In this document: positions 30,802 through 41,011 of the stretch, piece after piece
Position numbering within the stretch: the first letter of the stretch is position 1
Layout: each line of letters begins with the position of its first letter
Assembly (NCBI GenBank): GCA_964454995.1
Contig: CAYVTY010000001.1
Coordinates: 38,033 to 102,032, forward strand
DNA from: an uncultured Methanoregula sp.
Lineage (GTDB): Archaea > Halobacteriota > Methanomicrobia > Methanomicrobiales > Methanospirillaceae
Direction: 5' to 3'
Length of the DNA stretch: 64,000 nt
The notes under the pieces: model-generated
What the model was told of the DNA's origin: nothing
Seen by the model: only the letters and a program-made list of their open reading frames with translations
Database searches by the model: none
Translations under genes and position numbers: made by a program

Positions 30802-31754
30802 GGACGTCTCTCCATCACCCACGGATTCTGTTCGAGAAATTCAAGGGTCCTGACGATGCCTTCGTGAATCGTATATTCTGGTTTCCACCCGAGTGAACGG
30901 ATCTTTTTGCAATCGAGGAATATGAACGGGTTATCGCCAATCCAGCCCCTTTCGCCACCGGTATAGCGGATCTCGGGTTTGAGATCCAGGTGGCTGCAGA
31001 TCCAGTTGATGGAATCTTTTACTTCACAGCACTCGTCAGTACCCAGATTAAAGATGTTCACCTTGTCCTGCGATTTTTCGATTGCGATAAAAATCGCATT
31101 GATGCAATCCTGTATATAGAGATACGATTTTTTCTGGTGCCCGTTCCCTAAAACATCCAGATAATCCGGGTGCGCACGGAGCTGTTTATAGAAATCAAAG
31201 ACATGGCCGTGCGGATAGCGTTCTCCAAGGATGGAGACGAAGCGGAAGATCCATGCCTGGAATCCAAATCCCTCGCAGTATGCCGCAATCAACCCTTCCC
31301 CGGCGAGTTTGGACGCACCGTACAGTGAAGTCTGGACCGGAAACGGGGCGTCTTCAGGGGTAGGAATTACCTTTGCTTCACCGTAGACCGAACCGGTTGA
31401 CGAGAATGCAATCTTATTGATGAAATTCTTCCGCATTGCCTCGAGCACGTTGAACGTCGCAATGGTATTCTGGTGAAGATCTTTTGCCGGGTGTTCCGTG
31501 CCAAAGCGGACATCGGCATTTGCAGCGAGGTGGAAAACAAAATCGCAACCGGCCATAGCGGAGGATAATTTTTCCTGATCTAGGAGATCTCCGGTGATCA
31601 GATGGAATCCCGGCTGTTGTTTTGCATTCTCCAGATATTCCGGAATCCCCGTTGAATAATTATCGTAAACGGTTACCTCGTTTCCAAGAGAGAGAAGCCG
31701 GTCGACAAGATTACTGCCGATAAAGCCGGCGCCGCCAGTAACAAATGCTTTCAT
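30798..31754 (-). CDS. NAD-dependent nucleotide-sugar epimerase/dehydratase
   Basis: VTGGAGFIGS, HLAANADV, FSSTGSVYG, YGASK. Confidence 0.92.
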   Translation of the reverse strand: MKAFVTGGAGFIGSNLVDRLLSLGNEVTVYDNYSTGIPEYLENAKQQPGFHLITGDLLDQEKLSSAMAGCDFVFHLAANADVRFGTEHPAKDLHQNTIATFNVLEAMRKNFINKIAFSSTGSVYGEAKVIPTPEDAPFPVQTSLYGASKLAGEGLIAAYCEGFGFQAWIFRFVSILGERYPHGHVFDFYKQLRAHPDYLDVLGNGHQKKSYLYIQDCINAIFIAIEKSQDKVNIFNLGTDECCEVKDSINWICSHLDLKPEIRYTGGERGWIGDNPFIFLDCKKIRSLGWKPEYTIHEGIVRTLEFLEQNPWVMERRP

Positions 31755-32116
31755 GGTATATTGCCCAGATTTTCCGGTTGTTTCCCATTATATATTGTCG
31801 GAAGAAACATATTCATCTTTTTCCCTCTTGACCTTATTAGGGTGATAATTGAGTTGCCCCTGCCATAAATCCCGCAGGATAAATATAACATACGATTCTC
31901 GAACGTTTTTCTGGTGAATCTACAACAGGAGACCACTGCTACCCGTTGATCTCGACACGGTCACCAATGTACCTGGCGTTTGTGTACACCCCATAGCCAG
32001 ATTCAAGGAGGTTGTCGCAGAGCTTTATAAATTTTTAAACAAGAACTGGTTTACCAGGATGGCAAATTCCCTGCAGATCATCTCCCAATAAAATTTCTTT
32101 ATGATAGTGATTTTTT

Positions 32117-33361
32117 TTAGTGGTCACGTTCAATACACCGTTTATAGAGTTCCCTGTATTGCTTCGCTATTACTATGGAATCAAATTTTTTCATAACGGC
32201 CTGCCGGGCATTCACTGACAGATCTTCGGGCGCGGGATGATTGAGAACCCAGTCAATTCCCTCTGCCAGACTGACGGAATCACTGGGGATGGCCCGATAC
32301 CCGTTTTCCATGTGGTCGACGATATCCTTTGGCCCGTCTAAATCAAATGTCACTGCAGGTGTTCCACAAGCCATCGATTCGGTAGATACCCACCCCAGTG
32401 CCTCCTGAATGCTTGGCATGACATAGACATCTGCCGCACTATACGCGATTCTTTGTTCAAGACCGGGTTTGAGATGCCCCAGATAGTGGACCGGAAATTT
32501 ATTCTGCGATGCGGACTCGAAATTACCCGAGCCGAAAATGAGCAATTCTACATCAGGGGTCTTGATCAAATCTAATGCCGATTTGAGATACCGGTATCCT
32601 TTTCGCGGATCCTGTACCATACCATCACCGCCAAACAAGATAAATTTCTTGTTCTGCGGAAGATTGAGAAGATCCCGGGCAATAGCCTTATCTAAAGGCC
32701 GGAATGTTTTTGTATCTATAGGGCTTGAGATGTTTGTTATCTCCCTGCCGGAGAACACCTTGCTCTCCTTTGCACAATCCGCAATCCACCTGCTTATACC
32801 ATTGACAACGAGAGAAGGAATTTTTGCATATGCTTTTATTTTTCGTGCATGGACTCTGTAACTCAAATCGATTGTGTGACAGGAGCCAAGCACCGGGCAG
32901 TTACCACAATGAGTCACATACTTGCCACATCCACCATCATAATGGCATCCCCCGGTGAACGGCCACATATCATGCATGGACCAGATTACCGGCTTTGTGA
33001 TCCTGCCGATATCTTCGATACTCATCATTCCCCCGGCGATCCAATGAAGATGAACAAGGTCGGCATCACTATTGTTTATTATTTTGATAATATTCCCATG
33101 CGGCATCCACGAGGGAGAGAACAGGGTTTTGTTTTTATTCGGATACAAATGCAGGGGCAGAGGATCGAAATGGTATCTCACCCAGTTCATTTTTTCTTCA
33201 ATTTTTGTTTTCGGACCGACTACATACGGTTTGCCACTCCCTTTTATGTTTACCAGTATTTCGCTTTTCACTCCCAGGGGTTCCAGGTCCCGACACAGGA
33301 GGTGAATATTTTGCGCAGCCGCTGTTGCCGAATCGAATGTATTGAGAAAAAGAACTTTCAT
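32117..33361 (-). CDS. Glycosyltransferase family 4 (WcaC-like)
   Basis: VHLHW, HDMWPFTGGCHY, DPRKG, EALGWVSTESMACGTP. Confidence 0.9.
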   Translation of the reverse strand: MKVLFLNTFDSATAAAQNIHLLCRDLEPLGVKSEILVNIKGSGKPYVVGPKTKIEEKMNWVRYHFDPLPLHLYPNKNKTLFSPSWMPHGNIIKIINNSDADLVHLHWIAGGMMSIEDIGRITKPVIWSMHDMWPFTGGCHYDGGCGKYVTHCGNCPVLGSCHTIDLSYRVHARKIKAYAKIPSLVVNGISRWIADCAKESKVFSGREITNISSPIDTKTFRPLDKAIARDLLNLPQNKKFILFGGDGMVQDPRKGYRYLKSALDLIKTPDVELLIFGSGNFESASQNKFPVHYLGHLKPGLEQRIAYSAADVYVMPSIQEALGWVSTESMACGTPAVTFDLDGPKDIVDHMENGYRAIPSDSVSLAEGIDWVLNHPAPEDLSVNARQAVMKKFDSIVIAKQYRELYKRCIERDH

Positions 33362-34149
33362 CCTAACACCAATTTAAATATCGGGAACATGAATTTCGAA
33401 CCATATTCCATCAGAATAACTTTAGTATTAGAGGTAGTGTTGTAATCGCATTTCCGGTAAATGGTTGCTGCCCCTTCTGCTGTGCCACATTTCTGTAATC
33501 CCATGGCCTTTGCGATACGATCAAATGTATATCTCAAATGGAACGTTGCAGGCAGATGACATTTTATTACCGGGTAGAAATTGTTGGTAATTATCAGATA
33601 ACCATTTGGTTTCACATATGAGCTCATCATGGAAAGGAGTTGAATGGGGTTTTGTACATGTTCCAGTACATCTTCGGCAATCAGGCAATCGTATTGTTTG
33701 TCAATTCCCGAAATGACCCGGACCCTCTTTATTTCTGAAAGTCTTTTACGTGAATAATCGCTCAGGTGCGGCTCAAAAATAACAACTTCTGATTCCGGTG
33801 ATTTCTGGTGAATAAGCCGGGCGAGCGTTCCGAACCCGCCGCCATAATCAATGACTGATTGCAGTTTGTTGTCCGCAATCCATTGGCTGATTTTATTACG
33901 GTTTTGCATTGATAATTCATGTTGCTCAATGAACAATCCATTAAGAATCCAAACCGGATGAGAATAAAACCTAGCCAATTTGTCATCATCAATATGTTTA
34001 TTATCACAGCCGAGTTCGTCCCATATCATATCTAGGAGAAAACCCATTCGGTGTAAATCATCAGAATATGGGGTTTTTATGGCAAGTAACCGCCCAATTT
34101 CTTTTTCATCCGTCTCAGATAAGCCGATGTTCTCATATGGTATGTTCAT
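33358..34149 (-). CDS. Class I SAM-dependent methyltransferase
   Basis: VIDYGGGFG, YDCLIAEDVLEHV..P, VKPNGYL; ATG 34149 overlaps the upstream stop. Confidence 0.85.
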   Translation of the reverse strand: MNIPYENIGLSETDEKEIGRLLAIKTPYSDDLHRMGFLLDMIWDELGCDNKHIDDDKLARFYSHPVWILNGLFIEQHELSMQNRNKISQWIADNKLQSVIDYGGGFGTLARLIHQKSPESEVVIFEPHLSDYSRKRLSEIKRVRVISGIDKQYDCLIAEDVLEHVQNPIQLLSMMSSYVKPNGYLIITNNFYPVIKCHLPATFHLRYTFDRIAKAMGLQKCGTAEGAATIYRKCDYNTTSNTKVILMEYGSKFMFPIFKLVLG

Positions 34150-35081
34150 ATTCGCCCCAACATATGTCCCAATACGTATCGTGTTCTGCTGATCCATGTT
34201 GCAGTATCAAAATGTGTCCTTTGGGAGAACTGATCTGCCACACAATCCCTGATAATAAATGGAGGATGTTTTAGGGGAAATTGTACGGGAATTGTTGGCA
34301 TGTTGGCAAAGGGACTGTTCACCTCGTTGGTATGAGTGGCATCTTGCCTAAAACCGATATTGGAGATGAGGTTAGTGTTCGGCAGGATACACACCCGCCC
34401 GGTAATCCAGCAGAGAAACCCGATCTGGTAATCATGGGAATAGATGGTTTTATTGTACACACCCTCAAAGATTGACGTCCAATACTTGACCGCTTTCTTG
34501 TCCTGGAATATATCGTTCATCCATCCGTTATCCCGGATCAGCGGCCACAATTTGATTGAGAGATCATAGTCCTTCCAGACCCGCCGCCAGGTCGCGTATC
34601 CCCAGGTATGAGGATATCGCGAGAAATAGTAACTATAGTCCGTCCGTCTCCTCCCAAACTGGAAGTTGTCACCTGAGATCATCATGATCCTTTCATCATG
34701 CCGGTATCGCTCTAACAATTCTTGGCAGAACGGGAAAAAACTCTGGTCCGGCAGGCAGTCATCCTCAAAGATTATTCCCTCCTCAACGTGGGAAAAGAAC
34801 CAGTCCATCGCCGAGGTTATGCCGATTTGACCGCCAACATTCTCATCATGGGTAAATATCGAGAGTCTGCAATCCCAGTCGATTTGCTCGAATATCTCCA
34901 GTACTCTCCCGCACTTTTCAATGTCGTCAGGGTGATCCTTCCGCGGCGCATCGGTACCAACAAAGAGCTGCTCTGGCCGGGCCTTGCGAATCTGATTGAA
35001 AACGGCCTGAGTAGTATCCGGGCGGTTGAAAACGAGGATAAGGATTGGGGGTGTTGATCCTGACAATTTTAGTCGCTCCAT
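34146..35081 (-). CDS. GT-A fold glycosyltransferase (nucleotide-diphospho-sugar transferase)
   Basis: LVFNRP, DAPR, GIIFEDDC, ISGDNF, TWGYATW, NLISNIGF...ATHT; start uncertain (35081 or 35111). Confidence 0.8.
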   Translation of the reverse strand: MERLKLSGSTPPILILVFNRPDTTQAVFNQIRKARPEQLFVGTDAPRKDHPDDIEKCGRVLEIFEQIDWDCRLSIFTHDENVGGQIGITSAMDWFFSHVEEGIIFEDDCLPDQSFFPFCQELLERYRHDERIMMISGDNFQFGRRRTDYSYYFSRYPHTWGYATWRRVWKDYDLSIKLWPLIRDNGWMNDIFQDKKAVKYWTSIFEGVYNKTIYSHDYQIGFLCWITGRVCILPNTNLISNIGFRQDATHTNEVNSPFANMPTIPVQFPLKHPPFIIRDCVADQFSQRTHFDTATWISRTRYVLGHMLGRI

Positions 35082-35221
35082 GTCAAACTGATTACTATTG
35101 GTTGTCTGCACAAGAAGATTTTCTGAATTTCCCTTTTTTTCATTCCGGAAGAGAGGTTTACTTAAACATTATAAATTCGCCACGCTTCTTTTAAATTAAT
35201 AAACATATAACCATGCTCCGG

Positions 35222-35911
35222 TTATTGTGATCGCCCCCATGATTCCCAGATCATATCATATTTCCACTCCAGATGATGCGTTTTTTCCAAACCTTTCCGG
35301 ATTTCTGCGCATTTCTTCTGGTAATCGGGTACAATAGCATGGAACTGGATAATTAAATAATCAATACTTGTCATATCGTAATTCTCAATGAGATCGGGCA
35401 GTACATCATATTCACTGCCTTCAATATTAATGCTCATGAGATTAATTCTTCGTCCTTTGAATCTTTTCTTCAACTCATCTGATGCTTTGCGGAGAGTTAT
35501 TTCAATGATCTTTCTGGATTCATTTTTGTATACTGAACCTTCGGGGCTGTCCCCATAAAATTTCGCAGTGCCATTATGATCACTTAAACCGGCCTCAACG
35601 ACAGTGACTTTAGAATTTCCTAAAAATATTTGTCGGCACTGCTCAGCGAGTTTCGGATGTGGTTCATATATACAGATTTCAGGTTGATACCGGCAAAAGA
35701 CGGGCATGGCCCACACCCCATCATACCCACCAATATCAAGTACAAGAGATTCACTGTTTAGAGGGTAAGTAATTCTTTTTACATCAAATGGATCCTCTTG
35801 AAAAAAACGATTTTGCTCTTCTTCAGGCCAGCGATTCCGTTTGCTGATATTATAGGAAAAATTAAGGCATCTATATCCTATGAAATCCAGAATATTGACA
35901 AGCGAGATCAT
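35222..35911 (-). CDS. FkbM-family O-methyltransferase
   Basis: VLDIGGYDG, YEPHP, AGLSD, INIEGSEYDVL, IQFH. Confidence 0.85.
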   Translation of the reverse strand: MISLVNILDFIGYRCLNFSYNISKRNRWPEEEQNRFFQEDPFDVKRITYPLNSESLVLDIGGYDGVWAMPVFCRYQPEICIYEPHPKLAEQCRQIFLGNSKVTVVEAGLSDHNGTAKFYGDSPEGSVYKNESRKIIEITLRKASDELKKRFKGRRINLMSINIEGSEYDVLPDLIENYDMTSIDYLIIQFHAIVPDYQKKCAEIRKGLEKTHHLEWKYDMIWESWGRSQ

Positions 35912-35996
35912 ATGAGTTCCTACTATGTACTCATGCATAAAAATACATAATTGTTGCCAGACGCAAAAGGAGAGAAAATGAGGAGAACTGATTAGA

Positions 35997-36800
35997 TCAA
36001 ATGTTTCCAATAAAATCCACAAGGGATTTTCCTTTAAAAAATCGTTCCTTCCAACCGACAATCTTGTGCAGATGATAATTATATGAATATGGACATTTGT
36101 GACAGAACGACTCAGGTTGTTTTTGGAAAGTCAATGACAGTTTTTCATGTTTCGCAGCCAATTCAGAATATGTATTATCATAAAGGGACCCGATTTTACC
36201 CCGTAGTCCCCTTAACCCGCAACAAAAAATTACATCGCCATTCGGCATCAATTGATACCCCGGCACTTCAAGATGAGGACACATGACTCTTCCCTTTTTA
36301 AATTTTGTAATTTTTCCTCGTGCAAAATCCTCGATATGGCAGGTCTCAAAGAAACCACCCATATTCATAACAAGAATATTTTCAACATGCGTCAGAATAT
36401 ACGGCAGAACCTCTTTGTAATTTTGTGTTATCGGAATATTGGCATTTCCTTTAGCGTCAGGCAGGTGAAGTACAAACTGTTCAATCGGGATTTCACATAT
36501 TTTTACAGCGTTTTCGAGGGAGAGGCCAACAAGAGTGCTTGATATTGTAATTTTATGTCCTTTCTCATGCGCATATAAAATCATATCCGGGCATTCCGGG
36601 TTTTGGAATACCTCGGAAAGACCAGAAAAATCAATAATAATGTCTGTCGGGACGGTAGAGATCAGCTCTTTGAAGGCGGCAAGTGTAAGTGGTTTCATCC
36701 CACCAAGTTTCTTTACAATGAGTTCCTGTGGGCAATACCGGATACAATTTACCGAGCATCCAATCTGAGTAGTGATTTCCAGGTAGGGTTGAGGGGTCAT
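35997..36800 (-). CDS. Radical SAM protein with SPASM/twitch-like C-terminus; atypical CX3CX3C motif
   Basis: LEITT..GCSVNCIRYCPQ, FSGLSEVF.NP; C-terminal C...PNGDVIFCC...IGSL...CHKC. Confidence 0.78.
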   Translation of the reverse strand: MTPQPYLEITTQIGCSVNCIRYCPQELIVKKLGGMKPLTLAAFKELISTVPTDIIIDFSGLSEVFQNPECPDMILYAHEKGHKITISSTLVGLSLENAVKICEIPIEQFVLHLPDAKGNANIPITQNYKEVLPYILTHVENILVMNMGGFFETCHIEDFARGKITKFKKGRVMCPHLEVPGYQLMPNGDVIFCCGLRGLRGKIGSLYDNTYSELAAKHEKLSLTFQKQPESFCHKCPYSYNYHLHKIVGWKERFFKGKSLVDFIGNI

Positions 36801-36908
36801 TAATAACTCCGAATAATACTGCTAGTGTCCGGGCGGTTGAGGGGAATTGCCAAAATTGGGATCCTAGATGAAGTCCCAGCCATATAATAAATTCCTTTTT
36901 CCTATGAT

Positions 36909-38183
36909 TTATTTTTCATCCTTCCATTCCATGAGTGGAGCAAGTATACCGTCTCGTTTTTCAGTCCAGTAAGGGCCATCGCTTAACCCGCCTTGAATGA
37001 GTAAATTCAGGAATGGTATTTTTTTCCCAGGATCAGTAATCAACATCCGATTACGAAGGGATACTTGCAATTCAATTGTGTATATACCTTCATTTAGGAA
37101 TCTTTTGGGAATTTTTGTTTTTAGTACAATTTCACCGGGTGAAAAAACTGGCCATTTTGATACTTCGTGATCGTTAAAAAATGAGTAATAAAGAAATATC
37201 CCCGATTCATTGGTAATGGAATAACCTATTTCTAAAGCCGGATCCAATCTATCAATTCTTCCTTCAATCTGAAGCCAGATATCCTGATTGTTAGATACGG
37301 GATTGTTTAAATTATTGCCAAAGGAATCTGTGATAAAAAATTTATTTGGTTTGAACCAGGGATTCTCATATTCATCTCCACGATTATCCCACTGATTGAG
37401 CAACATCTCGTGATCCTCGGGGAATAAATAAGACTTAATAATTTGGCCTACATTTGGCCCTTTTTGTTTAATCCGGCCATTTTCAATGAGAATACCATAT
37501 GTGCACAATTGTTCAATTGCATTCATATTATGACTCACAAAAATGACCGTACGTCCCTCTTTTGCCACCTCACTCATTTTACCCAGACATTTTTTCTGAA
37601 ATGCTGCATCACCCACAGCAAGTACTTCATCCACCAGCAGAATTTCCGGTTCAAGATGAGCGGCAACAGCAAATGCTAGCCGGATGTACATCCCGCTCGA
37701 ATACCGCTTCACCGGGGTATCTAGGAATTTTTCTATATCAGAAAATTTCACGATATCATCCAGCTTGGCATCAATCTCCCGCCGCTTCATCCCCAGTATC
37801 GAACCGGATAAATAGATATTCTCACGGCCGGTTAATTCCTGGTGGAACCCGGTTCCGACTTCCAGCAAAGAGCCCACCCGCCCATGCAGTTCAACGGTTC
37901 CTTCAGTCGGTGTTGTAATTCGTGAAAGAATTTTCAGGAGCGTACTTTTCCCAGCCCCGTTCCGCCCGATGATACCAACAATCTCGCCCTGCTCAACGTC
38001 AAACGACACATCCTTCAAAGCCCAGAACCCTTCCACGGGCGGTGTCTTGTGGAACACTTTCATCGGCGCCTTAAGGGAGCTGACGATCGCGTCGCGGAGC
38101 GTGTGATACGGTTCCTGCGGTCCGCCGAGTTTGTATTGCTTGCTTAAGTGGCTGACGCGGATAGCGGGATGGTTGGAAGACAT
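36909..38183 (-). CDS. wzt: Polysaccharide ABC exporter ATPase with C-terminal carbohydrate-binding domain
   Basis: [47 protein letters not shown]; about 170-aa Wzt_C-like tail. Confidence 0.93.
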   Translation of the reverse strand: MSSNHPAIRVSHLSKQYKLGGPQEPYHTLRDAIVSSLKAPMKVFHKTPPVEGFWALKDVSFDVEQGEIVGIIGRNGAGKSTLLKILSRITTPTEGTVELHGRVGSLLEVGTGFHQELTGRENIYLSGSILGMKRREIDAKLDDIVKFSDIEKFLDTPVKRYSSGMYIRLAFAVAAHLEPEILLVDEVLAVGDAAFQKKCLGKMSEVAKEGRTVIFVSHNMNAIEQLCTYGILIENGRIKQKGPNVGQIIKSYLFPEDHEMLLNQWDNRGDEYENPWFKPNKFFITDSFGNNLNNPVSNNQDIWLQIEGRIDRLDPALEIGYSITNESGIFLYYSFFNDHEVSKWPVFSPGEIVLKTKIPKRFLNEGIYTIELQVSLRNRMLITDPGKKIPFLNLLIQGGLSDGPYWTEKRDGILAPLMEWKDEK

Positions 38184-38494
38184 AAGGAGGAGAGTTCCTG
38201 TGATTCTATAATGGTATGCGATACTGATGAATTAAAGTTTCATCTCCTAAAAGGACACGGAAATTAATTACAGGGGCGTATGATTCAAGCTGGTGACTAC
38301 AGACCCGTATATCCCGGACCCCCGGCACCAGAGATGTCACAAGGCATCGTATACCGCAAAAAGAAGCCCGAATCGGGGCCCGTTTTCCCCGAAAAAACGC
38401 GGTGGACAGTGAAAAGAAAGATTTGTGTCCACCGCAGGAAAAAAATCATGAATTCAGGGCTGGATTGTAAAATGAGGCCGAATTAAAGGGAAAC

Positions 38495-38518
38495 TATTTT
38501 CTCTTTAACGGTGTTCTG
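38495..38518 (+). repeat. Dispersed intergenic repeat, copy 2
   Basis: TATTTTCTCTTTAACGGTGTTCTG, identical to 24651-24674. Confidence 0.85.
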
Positions 38519-38711
38519 TTCGGGTAACAGTTCTCACGTTCATGCAGCACAGGATCGGGCCACAGGGGGTTTTATGAGGGTTTGTTTACGGATCTTTTTC
38601 CAAAAATCTGATGAATAACGGTGGGTTAAGATACCTGCCATTAGAGGACAAATGACAAAATCCGTGGATACAGGAAAAAATTGCCTTCCACCAGAATTTT
38701 GTAGAAGAGAT

Positions 38712-38736
38712 GCATTTCAGAAAAATTCTGAAATGC
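38712..38736. repeat. Perfect 11-bp inverted repeat
   Basis: GCATTTCAGAA-AAA-TTCTGAAATGC. Confidence 0.8.
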
Positions 38737-39282
38737 TGGATGCATACACAAAAACCCTGCTGCTGTTCAGAATGCGAAGTCAACCGGACCGGTCAAGGAT
38801 AAGGAACATTTTTGTTCTTCCTAAATTTCAACAAGTTACCGGTATTTTTTACGGGATCTGCAATTAAGGGCAAATCTTTGAGAAATTGTCCATGGTTCAG
38901 TCACGCTGATATACCAAACGGATCCACACGTTAAATGCCATACGACCGGGAACTTCCCGGGGATGGACCGGCTCAAAAACTCTTCTCTGATCGTACCAGC
39001 GGATAGCGGATGCTCTCGTTCACCCGGAGAAACGACCGCCCCATGGCAGGAGGACACCATGACAACAGAAAAAAAGACGATTATCAATCGGGAATTCAAC
39101 AGATGGACGGGACAGCAGTTGATATCAAACCCTTTGCCCACGCCCGGTTTGACAAACCACCGGAGGAAAGTAAGTACAGAGAAAATCCGGTATGCAATAC
39201 TCTTAAAAGGAGATCATGAAAACGGATCGACAACTACCCGGCCTGATACAGTACCAGCCGGACCTGTGCCGGGTGATGCCGA

Positions 39283-39663
39283 ATGACCCGGGGATACCGG
39301 CCGCTGGTGGCCATCAGCGAGGCAAAACAAAAAGCTACATTCTGGGGATTTGATCTGATCACGGTGGAAACGCAGAAAAAAATCCCGTTCGATTTCGTGA
39401 TCGATGACCGGGGCTGCACCAGCCTTGTACGGGTCAGGAGGATCAAGTCCCCTCAGTTCAGGACCACGGACATAGAGAGAGTTTGTGCGCAGGAGACACA
39501 GGAGCTTCGAACGCTGCCGGTGCCAGAAGGGATCTACCGCGAGCTCTGGGTAAGAGGACCAGGGCGTGCTTGGCACCGGTACCTAGTTCTCGCGGAATCG
39601 GTCGAGGAGCTCCTGACCGGTGATGAAAAGACCGGAGAAAGTGACGGTAAGAATGAACCGTAA
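39283..39663 (+). CDS. Small hypothetical protein, possibly a PD-(D/E)XK nuclease-like fold
   Basis: 126-aa ORF antisense between wzm and wzt; helix followed by PFDF...LVRVRR...RELW. Confidence 0.6.
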   Translation: MTRGYRPLVAISEAKQKATFWGFDLITVETQKKIPFDFVIDDRGCTSLVRVRRIKSPQFRTTDIERVCAQETQELRTLPVPEGIYRELWVRGPGRAWHRYLVLAESVEELLTGDEKTGESDGKNEP

Positions 39664-39750
39664 CCTGCAGGATCAAACCGGGATACCACATCCACATCAA
39701 TCACCGGGTAACAAGAGGGAGCCGGGTCCGGGTTTCCCGACCTTACGGAA

Positions 39751-40599
39751 TCATACGATATCCGCGTAGTACTGCTCCATCCTCCGGAAGTAAAACATAC
39801 CGGAGACAAGGAGCACGATGACCATGCCCACGGAGACAAGCACCATCGCACTAGGCGCACCGCTACCAAGGAGTGCCCAGCGGAACCCTTCTATCACACC
39901 CGCCATCGGGTTGAGGCCGTACCAGACACGCAGCGATGCCGGCACGAGGCTCGTTGAGTAGACGACCGGCGAGGCAAACATCCAGATCTGGATGAGGAAG
40001 GGAACGGTGTACTGGAAATCCCGGTACTTGACATTGAGCGCGGAGAGCCAGAGGCCGACCCCGAAGGAGGTTGCCAGCACAAGCAGGAGGAAGAGCGGCA
40101 GGAAGATGATGTTAAGCGTCGGCGCATAGCCGTAGTAGACCATCATCGCAAGAAGGATGATAAATGAGACCGCGAAATCCACGAGCGGCGAGATGATGCT
40201 TGAGAGCGGCATGATCAGGCGCGGAAAGTACACCTTGGTCATGATGTTGGAGTTCTGGACCATGCTCGTCGTAGAACGCGTGAGCCCATCAGCAAAGAGC
40301 GTCCAGGGGAGCAGCGCCGCCAGCACAAACAGCGGGTACGGCACACCATCGGACGGAATCTTTGCGAGGCCTCCAAAAAAGACCGTGAAGATGACCATCG
40401 TCAGGAGCGGCTGGAGGACCGCCCACGCAATCCCGAGGCCGGTCTGCTTGTACCGGAGTTTGATATCGCGGAGCGTAAACGAGGTGACCAGCTCCCGGTA
40501 CGCCCAGAGTTCACGCAGGTCCACCGGCACCCATTTCCGGGGCGGTCGGATGATGAGAGTCGGTACTGTCGATTCCTGAACAGGATGGGTCTCGGTCAT
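39751..40599 (-). CDS. wzm: Polysaccharide ABC exporter permease
   Basis: RDIKLRYKQT.LG..W..LQP, KVYFPR, LNVKYRD, SPVVY, LNPM; six TM segments. Confidence 0.94.
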   Translation of the reverse strand: MTETHPVQESTVPTLIIRPPRKWVPVDLRELWAYRELVTSFTLRDIKLRYKQTGLGIAWAVLQPLLTMVIFTVFFGGLAKIPSDGVPYPLFVLAALLPWTLFADGLTRSTTSMVQNSNIMTKVYFPRLIMPLSSIISPLVDFAVSFIILLAMMVYYGYAPTLNIIFLPLFLLLVLATSFGVGLWLSALNVKYRDFQYTVPFLIQIWMFASPVVYSTSLVPASLRVWYGLNPMAGVIEGFRWALLGSGAPSAMVLVSVGMVIVLLVSGMFYFRRMEQYYADIV

Positions 40600-41011
40600 G
40601 AGATGTGATCAGCAATTTTGTTTTTACATTACTTATAGTCTGGTGATTTGAAGATGAATGCAGAATCCACAAACATTCATTTACGATGAGCACAACGGCG
40701 GTGGATCACATACCAGAAATACAATAAAATCAGCCTCCAAAACCTCCTTCCTGCAGTGCATTTGAAGGGGGGAGCTCAACACGGGTTTTACCGGATTTCA
40801 TGGTTTGAGCATATATTTTTAGGCTCGGGTCGGTATCGACAAAGAACCAAAAATTCCCAGAATATCCCGCCACTCCGGGTTCACCAGATTAATCACAGCA
40901 AAAAAATTCTGCGTAAATGTTGTTCGTAAAGGAGCCGTCATTCAGCGCACAAACAACAGATGTGCTGTCGTCATAAGCTTGACCGGAGGGTTCCTGCATA
41001 TCGGCAATTTA

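Noticed and set aside
31755-32116. Short ORFs between the epimerase and the GT4 gene
   Set aside because: No recognisable motif or SD; likely promoter-containing intergenic DNA.
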